Part shown: piece after piece, positions 39,325-47,786 of the stretch
Numbering within the stretch: the stretch's first letter is position 1
How the letters are laid out: each line of letters starts with the position of its first letter
Source of the DNA: Promethearchaeota archaeon
GTDB lineage: Archaea > Asgardarchaeota > Lokiarchaeia > Sigyniarchaeales > SOKP01
NCBI GenBank assembly: GCA_019058295.1
Contig: JAHPZI010000022.1
Location: forward strand, 124,316-188,315
DNA: 64,000 nt
Reading direction: 5' to 3'
Notes under the pieces: model-generated
The model's input: only the letters and a program-made list of their open reading frames with translations
Told to the model about the DNA's origin: nothing
Database searches by the model: none
Program-made: the position numbers and the translations under genes

Positions 39325-39741
39325 TCAAGATTTAATTAAATTCTCAGTAATCCATTTTTTTATTTGGTTTCTTACAGATCTAAAAAACTCTATTATGTGG
39401 TCATCTGCCCCTTTAAATGCAACAGGATCATCAAATGGAGCATGAATCATTTCTTTTGCTTTCGGAAAAAAAGGACAAACTTTTTTAGCATTATCGCAAA
39501 CAGTTATTACAATATCAAATTCAACATTATTGAATTCAGAAATATTTTTTGACATTTGTTTTGATATATCAATACCTATTTCTTCCATAACTTTAATTGC
39601 GTAAGGATTTATTCTTGAGGGGTTTGTCCCTGCGCTAAATGCTTCGAATTTATCGCTATAAAAATAATTAATTAATCCTTCCGCTATCTGAGAGCGCGCT
39701 GAATTTCCAGTACAAATGAATAAAACCTTTTTCTTCTTCAT
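39325..39741 (-). CDS. arsC: Arsenate reductase, LMW-PTP (thioredoxin-type) family
   Basis: 'FICTGNSARSQ' P-loop plus resolving cysteines 'VCDNAKKVCP' and 'DDP'. Confidence 0.9.
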   Translation of the reverse strand: MKKKKVLFICTGNSARSQIAEGLINYFYSDKFEAFSAGTNPSRINPYAIKVMEEIGIDISKQMSKNISEFNNVEFDIVITVCDNAKKVCPFFPKAKEMIHAPFDDPVAFKGADDHIIEFFRSVRNQIKKWITENLIKS

Positions 39742-39786
39742 AAAAATTTACCAAAAATCTAAATAAGAAATATCTTATGGTTTTAA

Positions 39787-40470
39787 TTATGTTCTTTTCG
39801 CAACTGTTAGCATTATAATATAATCAGCAGTATCTTCTGCATTATCACTAATGGCTTCAAGAATTGAAATAAAATTATGGATTTCAATTGCACAGAAAGG
39901 ATTAATATTAGGATGGTTTGAAAGAAGAGTATGATTTATTATAAAACGTAGCTCATCACATTCATGTTCAAGAATATTAATTTCTTCACCTATTTTTTGT
40001 ATTTCTGCCTTTTCTAACGTTATTAAACTTTTAACCATATGGTTTAACATTTTAACTGCCTTTACAGAGATTCTAGCCATTTCTATAATTGTCTCATGAA
40101 CTTTTTTATCAAGGTTTAAGAAATCAGTAGGGTTAATATAACCTAGAATTCTTGCTCCAGCATTAGTAGCATTAGCGACTTCATCAATTCTACGTACGAG
40201 ATGAATTAAATTTTCACGTATTATAGACGTGAGTTCGGCTTTGGAAAGCATTCCAAGTATATCTCTTCTTATTATGTCAGCTTCATGCTCTAATTTATCA
40301 ACACGAGAAAAAACTTTATGAGCAAGGTCAATTTTTCTCTCTTCAATGAAAAATGTTAGCCCTTTCTCAAATTCTACAACGCATTCGAGAACCTTTTGCA
40401 TATGAACTAAAGTTTTATTAATTGCGGTCTCTTCATTACGAGATTTAAACCATTCAAACAAGGAACTCAT
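39787..40470 (-). CDS. DUF47 (PhoU-like phosphate transport regulator)
   Basis: 'LEHEADIIRRDI', 'LEHECD', 'ISDNAEDTAD'; GGAGG RBS. Confidence 0.9.
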   Translation of the reverse strand: MSSLFEWFKSRNEETAINKTLVHMQKVLECVVEFEKGLTFFIEERKIDLAHKVFSRVDKLEHEADIIRRDILGMLSKAELTSIIRENLIHLVRRIDEVANATNAGARILGYINPTDFLNLDKKVHETIIEMARISVKAVKMLNHMVKSLITLEKAEIQKIGEEINILEHECDELRFIINHTLLSNHPNINPFCAIEIHNFISILEAISDNAEDTADYIIMLTVAKRT

Positions 40471-40504
40471 TATTCTAACCTCCAGATCTTATTTTTTTTT
40501 TATT

Positions 40505-41728
40505 TTATTCTAATTTTAATACTTCTTTTATTACATTATCACCGGGATGTTTAAAAACAATTCCCAGTTCTTTTGGAAAATAAACTGTCACTTCCAAATT
40601 TTCTAAAAATGTATTATATATTTCAGCAGTTGCTGGATTTGTCACAATTATTATTTTTTCTTTACCATTTATATTAACTAGAACTTCGAATCTATAAAAA
40701 ACACCCATAAACTTACGTCTAAAAATTTTTCCATGGAGAGCATTATGTTTTTCTTTTGTTCTATCCCCTAATCGAATTTTCATATGATTAGCTCTAGTTA
40801 CTAATAGTACTTTATCTCCATTTTGAATTTTTTCATAAACTGATTTTTGTACATAAGACGCAAAAACTTCGGATAATCCTATATCAATAGGTATAGGAAT
40901 TAAATTCTTTTTGATTTTTGAGAAAAATTTGTCTCCATGCTTTCCATTTGTATTAATATCCCATGAAGCTTTATTATTTTTTACAAAAATACCTTCAAAA
41001 TAATTAATTTCACTCATGAAGTTTGCCACAAAAAGATTTTTAGGTTTATAATAGATTTCATAAGGAGTACCTACTTGTTCAAGTTTACCGTTATTAATTA
41101 CAGCGATTCGATCAGCAACCATCATAGCTTCTTGTTCCTCATTTGTTACATGTATTACTGTTAATTCTAATAATTTAGATTTTGCCATTAATAACAATTC
41201 TCTCCTTAAATTCATTCTAAGTCCTGCATCAAGTGCCTTCAACGGCTCGTCTAATATTAATAATTTAGTTTGCTCCAAATTCATGAGAGCACGACAAAGT
41301 GCGACTCTTTGTTTCATACCGCCACTCATTTCTTCAGGTAAAGCTTCATTTCTGCCTGTGAGAAGTGTCATCATTAAAATTTCTTCGACAATTATTTGTG
41401 TTTGTACAGGACTACGTGAATGAACACGAGCACTATAGGCAATATTATCATATATTGACATATGAGGAAAAAGAGCATAATTTTCAAACATAAATCCTAA
41501 ATTTCGTTTACCAGGGGATCGTTTTGTAACATCTTTATCATCAAAAAAAATTCTTCCAGAATCTGGTTTAATTAAACCAGCAATTATTTTTAATAATGTA
41601 GTTTTTCCTGCTCCTGTTGGTCCAAGAATTATGAAATATTCTCCATCTTTAATCTTTAATGATATATCATCCAAAGCTTTAAATTTTTTGAAAGATTTTG
41701 ATATATTTTTTAATTCTATATCTACGAT
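40505..41728 (-). CDS. ABC transporter ATP-binding protein (CysA/PotA/WtpC class); probable AUC start
   Basis: Walker A GPTGAGKT, signature MSGGMKQR, Walker B LILDEP. The frame extends to 'IVDIELKNISKSF' at 41728, after GAGGTGA. Confidence 0.9.
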   Translation of the reverse strand: MVDIELKNISKSFKKFKALDDISLKIKDGEYFIILGPTGAGKTTLLKIIAGLIKPDSGRIFFDDKDVTKRSPGKRNLGFMFENYALFPHMSIYDNIAYSARVHSRSPVQTQIIVEEILMMTLLTGRNEALPEEMSGGMKQRVALCRALMNLEQTKLLILDEPLKALDAGLRMNLRRELLLMAKSKLLELTVIHVTNEEQEAMMVADRIAVINNGKLEQVGTPYEIYYKPKNLFVANFMSEINYFEGIFVKNNKASWDINTNGKHGDKFFSKIKKNLIPIPIDIGLSEVFASYVQKSVYEKIQNGDKVLLVTRANHMKIRLGDRTKEKHNALHGKIFRRKFMGVFYRFEVLVNINGKEKIIIVTNPATAEIYNTFLENLEVTVYFPKELGIVFKHPGDNVIKEVLKLE

Positions 41729-41743
41729 AAGATTTCACCTCGG

Positions 41744-42889
41744 TCACATTAAAGATAATTCATGTAATAAGTCTTTAGGAGCTGTAAATACATGAATATC
41801 GTCTATATGAATTCCTACTATCAATATATCTCCTGGATTAAAATTTTCTTCAAATATTCCTGGTTTTACTGACAAAAAATTATCTCCATTATCTAGTGAT
41901 AGATAAAACCTTTTTGTAGCACCAATAAATCTTGTATTTTCCAACTTTGCTTCAAAAAATTGCATCTTAGACCAATCATAAGGGCTTTTGCCAAAATCAT
42001 AATCTTTTGGAAATAGATAAACATCTTCAAACCGGAAGCCAATAACAATACTATCATCCAAATTAAATTTACTTCCAAAATTATTGCACATAATTTTTGG
42101 ACCTCCTAAACGTGTCCATACTTTAATTTTTTCGTTTTCTAAGAGCTTCAGAACAAATCCTTGAAGAAAATTCGTTTCTCCCAAGAAATTTGCGATAAAT
42201 ATGCTTTTTGGGTTCTCATATAATTCATATGGCGTTCCCATCTGAAGAATTTGTCCCGCTCTCATAATAATAATCTTATCTGCAATAGCCATAGCTTCTT
42301 CTTGATTATGTGTGACATGAATTGCAGTGAGACCTAAATCCTTAATTAAATTTCTTAGTTCATGGCGAAAAACTTTTGAAACTTTTGGATCTAATGAACC
42401 CAACGGTTCATCCATAATTAAAATTTTTGCTCCTGTTGCGATAGCTCGAGCAATTCCTAATTTTTGTAAACCAGGATTTCCAAACATAGAGGGATAATCA
42501 TCAGCATTTTCCAATAACTCAACCATTTTTAACGCCCATTCAGCCTTTTCAATAATATATTCCTCATTATATCCTCTCATTTCTAAACCAAAAGTTACAT
42601 TTTCCCATACTGTCATATGATCAAAAATTTCAAAATGTTGGAAAATGAAACCCATATCTCTATCTTCCGGAGGAATACCGTCTACATTTTTTCCATCTAT
42701 AAGTACTTTACCATTAGTAGGATTCTCAAGACCTGCTATCATACGTAAAGTTGTTGTTTTACCGCATCCACTAGGACCTATCAGAAATATATATTCTCCA
42801 TCATTAAATTTAAGAGAAATATTGTCAACAGCAAGGACTTTTCCTTCGTCAAAAGTTTTTGTTATATTAATTAACTCGATAGATGGCAT
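41744..42889 (-). CDS. ABC transporter ATP-binding protein with degenerate signature motif
   Basis: Walker A GPSGCGKT, Walker B LIMDEP, H-loop VTH intact; signature reads FGNPGLQK. Confidence 0.9.
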   Translation of the reverse strand: MPSIELINITKTFDEGKVLAVDNISLKFNDGEYIFLIGPSGCGKTTTLRMIAGLENPTNGKVLIDGKNVDGIPPEDRDMGFIFQHFEIFDHMTVWENVTFGLEMRGYNEEYIIEKAEWALKMVELLENADDYPSMFGNPGLQKLGIARAIATGAKILIMDEPLGSLDPKVSKVFRHELRNLIKDLGLTAIHVTHNQEEAMAIADKIIIMRAGQILQMGTPYELYENPKSIFIANFLGETNFLQGFVLKLLENEKIKVWTRLGGPKIMCNNFGSKFNLDDSIVIGFRFEDVYLFPKDYDFGKSPYDWSKMQFFEAKLENTRFIGATKRFYLSLDNGDNFLSVKPGIFEENFNPGDILIVGIHIDDIHVFTAPKDLLHELSLM

Positions 42890-42890
42890 C

Positions 42891-44558
42891 TCATTTACCT
42901 CCCTGGGTTCTTACAGCTCTTAACGCTAGAATTAAGAAAGCACTGAAAATAATTACTACCGTACTTGCAAAAATTGCACTCGCAAAAGCATTTGCTTCCA
43001 CCCAATCTACGATTAAAACAGGAACAGTTCTAATATTTCCCATAACAACAATAGTTGCCCCTGTTTCTCCAAGGGAACGTGTAAAAACCATAATACATCC
43101 TGCTAAAATCCCTTGTTTGATACTTGGGAAAGTTATTTTCCTAAATACCGTCATGTTAGATGCTCCCAAAGTACGAGCTGCTTCTTCAACTCCTACATTA
43201 GTCGATTCTAAAACACCGATAATTGGACGAACCATATATGGAAAAGTAAAAGTGATATGAACAAATAAAATCATATAGAAACCGGGTTGAAATAACCCAA
43301 TGCCCGCTGGGCCCCAAAACATAAATATTGCAAAACCTAATGCCGCAGAAGGTATAGCTATTGGAATATCGAGTATTGTATCTAAAATAGTTATAATCCT
43401 TCCCCAACTTCTTTTAACAATTATAAATGCAAATGGTATCCCAACTAGGAGATTAATAAAAACAGCCAATATTGCTATATAGATTGAATTCATAAATGCC
43501 ACATATAAATAAGCCCATTTATAATCCTTACCTAAAAATAACTCATCTATTATATCAGCACCTATTACTCTAGTTATAATATAAAATGATGGAATAAGGA
43601 TAAGAAGAAGAAGTACTGTCCCTGTTAGCGCGTCTCTAATGACACGTAAACTTTTATGACTTAAATGTTTCTCAAATCCAGGCCAAACGCTCTTAATTGG
43701 TAACCCAACTTTTCTCGTAAAAAATTTTATAGAAAATAATAATATTATCGAGATTGCTATTAAAATTCCAGCGATAAGTGATGCAGCAGGTAATTCCAAT
43801 TGCCTTCTAAATCCAACTATCACAATAGGAGCAGTCTCAACTAATCCCGAAAGGATAATTGTTGCTCCTGTTTCACCTAAACTCCTTGTAAAGGCAAGAA
43901 TTGCTCCCGCAATAATTCCTTCTTTCATCATTGGAAGTGTTATGGTTCTAAATACAGTAAATCCAGGAGCACCGAGTGTTCTTGCAGCATCCTCATATAG
44001 AGTATCGGTCTTTTCTAAGACTATTTTCATATTACGGACTATATACGGAAATGTAAAAATAACATGTCCTAATAATATTAATAGAAATCCTGGATTAACT
44101 CCAAATATTCCCCAATATAACAATACTGAAAAACCCAAAGCACTAGTTGGTACTGCCATTGGTAAATCAACCATAGCGTCTAAAATCTTTTTTCCTCTGA
44201 AGTTATAACGAGTTAATATAATTGCTGTTGGAAATGCGATTATGATATCTATAAGTACTGCAATTGCAGCTATTGAAAAAGATACTGCTAAAGCTTCTAA
44301 AATAATACGCCACTTCAAATCACCCAATATTTCGTCGTTAAATACATCTCTATAAATTGTAGGAAGATTTAGGAATATAGTTAAATATATGTAAATTATT
44401 GGTCCTATAATAACAAGAATAAAAAAAAGAATTACTACTGAATCAAGACTTTTCCGATATATAGGTTTTGAAAAATGGCGATCGAATTTTAAATTTAGGG
44501 GTAATTTTAAATCTTCATTCTTTGAGTTTTCTTTTAATTTCTTATTAATTTTGCTCAT
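42891..44558 (-). CDS. Fused two-domain ABC permease (CysT/CysW/ModB/WtpB class)
   Basis: Two repeats of 'DLP.A.P..ALG', 'E.AARTLGA', 'FTRSLGETGAT'. Confidence 0.92.
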   Translation of the reverse strand: MSKINKKLKENSKNEDLKLPLNLKFDRHFSKPIYRKSLDSVVILFFILVIIGPIIYIYLTIFLNLPTIYRDVFNDEILGDLKWRIILEALAVSFSIAAIAVLIDIIIAFPTAIILTRYNFRGKKILDAMVDLPMAVPTSALGFSVLLYWGIFGVNPGFLLILLGHVIFTFPYIVRNMKIVLEKTDTLYEDAARTLGAPGFTVFRTITLPMMKEGIIAGAILAFTRSLGETGATIILSGLVETAPIVIVGFRRQLELPAASLIAGILIAISIILLFSIKFFTRKVGLPIKSVWPGFEKHLSHKSLRVIRDALTGTVLLLLILIPSFYIITRVIGADIIDELFLGKDYKWAYLYVAFMNSIYIAILAVFINLLVGIPFAFIIVKRSWGRIITILDTILDIPIAIPSAALGFAIFMFWGPAGIGLFQPGFYMILFVHITFTFPYMVRPIIGVLESTNVGVEEAARTLGASNMTVFRKITFPSIKQGILAGCIMVFTRSLGETGATIVVMGNIRTVPVLIVDWVEANAFASAIFASTVVIIFSAFLILALRAVRTQGGK

Positions 44559-44583
44559 AATTATTCCAATCTTTTAATTGGTT

Positions 44584-45720
44584 TTAAAATTCTCTGTTTT
44601 TACAGAGCAACCACATGTCTGGGATTCTTAATAATGCATCTTCATCTTTAGGAACAGATAACTCAGTCACATTGAGATTATAGGTAATCCCATTTTTATC
44701 ATAATTAAAAACATCCTTATCCAAAGGGATTGATGTATCAATCGGTCGAAATCCATATTCCACAGCTGATTCAACTGTTTCTCTCTCATTAAGAAACTTT
44801 AGAAATTTTCCTGCAATACGTTCTTGTTTTGGAGTAATCCAGTCCGCATTTAATATACAGAAAGGATGATCGCTATAGAGAGTTCCTTCTTCTGGATAAA
44901 TTGCGATTATTTTTCCTTCAGTCGATTCACTCGAAATATCCACTATTAAATTTTCATATAGAAAAGCTAAATTTAAGCCATTGGGTCCTTGGGTTTGCAT
45001 ATATCTGCTCAAGAAACCAGTTGATTTCCCATACAAAACAGCAGTAGATTCAAAAACAGTAAGCCACTTTTGATTATATTCATCTTTTAAATCTTCCATT
45101 GTTATATCTTCGGAAGGTTTTCCAGTAGCAGCAGATAATGCCATTATTACTGTCATAAAACCTGAATTTGAAAGCCGTGGATCTGTATGAGCCATTTTAA
45201 ATTCAACATCTAATTCTGCAATTAAATCAAATACATCATTAAATCCATTTATTTTATTCGTCTTATTAAATTCTTCCCATGTTGCGATTACAATAGGAGA
45301 ATAAATTATTTTCACAGCTTCATCGACATCTACAATGTCTTTTTCACTGCCGGTGTAATCTTTCCATTTTGTATTAAGATAGGGCATCCAAATGGAACTT
45401 GCTGGGCTCCATATAGTTGGAAAGATTTCACCATTCAAAATGCTAATTATGGAGTCAGCGGATCCATAAGGATACATATGTATCATAATATTCTCATCAG
45501 GATGGTTCTTTTCCCAATCTTCCATAAAATCTGAATAAGCCTGAGTCATCCAACTTGCTTTTTCAGAACTATATATAATATAAATGTGAGTGACGTCTTC
45601 TTGACCTAACGAAAATATTAAATTAGTGGAGAGATACCCCCCAAAAAATCCCGAAATAAAAATTATAAAAATTAATACTTTAGTATTCTTTTTAACTCTA
45701 TGTATTTTAGCCTTAGTCAT
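44584..45720 (-). CDS. Membrane-anchored solute-binding protein (type normally fused to vWA domains in bacteria)
   Basis: N-terminal TM; 'SSEK', 'WSPASS', 'SPIVIA', 'HTDP..SNSG', 'YENL', 'IYPEEGT..SDHP', 'YGFRP'. Confidence 0.82.
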   Translation of the reverse strand: MTKAKIHRVKKNTKVLIFIIFISGFFGGYLSTNLIFSLGQEDVTHIYIIYSSEKASWMTQAYSDFMEDWEKNHPDENIMIHMYPYGSADSIISILNGEIFPTIWSPASSIWMPYLNTKWKDYTGSEKDIVDVDEAVKIIYSPIVIATWEEFNKTNKINGFNDVFDLIAELDVEFKMAHTDPRLSNSGFMTVIMALSAATGKPSEDITMEDLKDEYNQKWLTVFESTAVLYGKSTGFLSRYMQTQGPNGLNLAFLYENLIVDISSESTEGKIIAIYPEEGTLYSDHPFCILNADWITPKQERIAGKFLKFLNERETVESAVEYGFRPIDTSIPLDKDVFNYDKNGITYNLNVTELSVPKDEDALLRIPDMWLLCKNREF

Positions 45721-45747
45721 GATAATGAGAGATATGTGTCAATTGTC

Positions 45748-45846
45748 TTAAATAAATGATCTAATGTAATTATCTATAATAGCGAATATTATACCACCTA
45801 ATATTCCTAATAAAAAAATAGAAAAATATATATAAAGCCGTTTCAT
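45748..45846 (-). CDS. Unannotated 32-aa single-TM peptide at the head of the ABC operon
   Basis: MKRLYIYFSIFLLGILGGIIFAIIDNYIRSFI*; ends 27 nt before the SBP start. Confidence 0.5.
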   Translation of the reverse strand: MKRLYIYFSIFLLGILGGIIFAIIDNYIRSFI

Positions 45847-46134
45847 AAGTTTTCTCTAATCTATCATTTATTTATCTTTTTGATATTTGATTTTAAATTA
45901 TCCATAAATATATTAAAGATGTTTCGACATAGAATATGGTGGATTATTTAGAATCTATAAAACTATAGACTTTATATAGAGGATAATTATTCTCATAAAA
46001 TAGTTAATAGAAAATTAATAATTAGGGTGGATAAATTTAAATTTCAAAATTAATGGAAATATATATATCTATATAGAATAACTAAAATATATAGAAAACG
46101 TTTTATAATATTGCAGAAATATACATAAAATAAG

Positions 46135-47160
46135 ATGGTGTTATATATCGAAAATAGAAAAATTCAGAAGACTGGCGGAAGTAGTTATATTGTATCTCTA
46201 CCAATTGATTGGGTCAAATCACATAAAATTGATAAAAATTATAAAGGTTATTCATTAGGGATAATAACACAACCTGATGGAAATTTATTAATTACTCCAA
46301 ATCCAAATAAGGAAGAAATTCAGCGAGTAAAAGAAATTGATTTAGATGATATAAAAGATTATAATTTTTTGTTTAGAATTTTAATTGGAGCTTATATAAT
46401 GGGTTTTTCAATGATTTCATTAAAATCAAGCAAAAAATTTGAACCTTTCGTAAGAGAATGTGTTGCCAATTTTACTCAGATCGCTATTGGTCCCGAAATT
46501 ATCGAAGAATCAAACCAGTATATTTTAATTAAGGATTTACTCAATCCAAAGGAAATGCCATTTGAAAAAACAATAAGAAGAATGTATGTTCTTGTAGAAA
46601 GTATGCATGAAGATGCCATAACTGCTTTAAAAACAAGAGATAAAGAATTGGCTGAAGAAGTTATTAAAAGAGATAATGATATTGATAGATTGCATTGGTT
46701 AATTGGGAGACAATCTAATATGGTATTGAAAGATATTATTTTATGCCAAAAAATGGGTGTAACTCTTGAAGAAGCGAATCAATATCAATCATTTAGCAGA
46801 TATTTAGAACGTATAGGAGATCACGCAGTTAAAATAGCTGAAAATATAATAAAAATAATTGATCAAAAAGTTGATAAGCAGTTAATTGAGAAGATCTCGG
46901 AGGCAAGTGATATGGCATTGAAAAAAATACTTACGATGAGTTTAGATGCTTGGCTCCAAAAAGATATTAATTTAGCCAATGATAATATTGAAATAATAAA
47001 GGACTTAATAGTATTATGTGAAGATATCACAGTTGAACCGAATCAGAATAATGTGAAATTATCAATTGCGATTAGTTATATAGTTGAAAGTATAAGGAGG
47101 ACAGGAATATACGGCGGAGATATTTCCGAAATAATAATAAATAATCTAATTAATGTTTAA
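46135..47160 (+). CDS. phoU: Archaeal phosphate uptake regulator (AbrB + PhoU domains)
   Basis: 'RKIQKTGGSSYIVSLP..W', 'RDNDIDRL', 'LERIGDHA'. Confidence 0.92.
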   Translation: MVLYIENRKIQKTGGSSYIVSLPIDWVKSHKIDKNYKGYSLGIITQPDGNLLITPNPNKEEIQRVKEIDLDDIKDYNFLFRILIGAYIMGFSMISLKSSKKFEPFVRECVANFTQIAIGPEIIEESNQYILIKDLLNPKEMPFEKTIRRMYVLVESMHEDAITALKTRDKELAEEVIKRDNDIDRLHWLIGRQSNMVLKDIILCQKMGVTLEEANQYQSFSRYLERIGDHAVKIAENIIKIIDQKVDKQLIEKISEASDMALKKILTMSLDAWLQKDINLANDNIEIIKDLIVLCEDITVEPNQNNVKLSIAISYIVESIRRTGIYGGDISEIIINNLINV

Positions 47161-47323
47161 TAAGTAAATTATTTTAAACTCTTTAAATATTGAAAGATTA
47201 ATTCCGCGGGTTTTGATTATGCGTAAAATTTCTTTTTTATTCAAAATTTATTGACACTTTTTTGTTTATATTAAGTTAAAATTTTTAGCTATATAGTATA
47301 TTAATATATAATACCAGATATTA

Positions 47324-47758
47324 ATGATGAATATGGAAGAGGGAATTAAAAAAAGAATTCTTAGTGTAAAAGACACAGTTAAAATTAAAGTTAGGGTTGA
47401 TGATACGGATCTAATGTCAGTTGTACACTTTAAGAACTACTTATCATTTTTCGATATGGGATTTGTAGAATTCATGAGTGCTATAGAAAATCCAGTTGAA
47501 AGCGCTGTTCAGAGTGGCATCGTGTTTCCTGTTAAAAAACTTGAGATAACATACGAAGAATCGGCCAAATTTGGTGACCATATTATAGTAGAAACGAAGA
47601 TAAAAGATATCGGAGAAAAATCAATGACTTTCCTTCATAAAATATTTAGAGAATCCGATAATGCTTTATTAGCAGATATTGAATGCGTTCGTTTAGTTAT
47701 GGAATTAAAAACTAAAAAATTACTTAATGTTGCACAATTTTTAACTAAATATGTTTGA
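47324..47758 (+). CDS. Acyl-CoA thioesterase (4HBT/YbgC hotdog family)
   Basis: 'DTDLMSVVHFKNYL.FFD.G', 'ITYEESAKFGD'. Confidence 0.85.
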   Translation: MMNMEEGIKKRILSVKDTVKIKVRVDDTDLMSVVHFKNYLSFFDMGFVEFMSAIENPVESAVQSGIVFPVKKLEITYEESAKFGDHIIVETKIKDIGEKSMTFLHKIFRESDNALLADIECVRLVMELKTKKLLNVAQFLTKYV

Positions 47759-47786
47759 TTTCATTTAACTTTAGAGTAAAAAAAAT

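Noticed and set aside
40505-45720. Calling the ABC system pstSCAB, or confidently modABC/wtpABC
   Set aside because: No Pst motifs; the permease is Mod/Cys-like but the binding protein is not ModA/WtpA/Sbp-like, so the substrate is left open.
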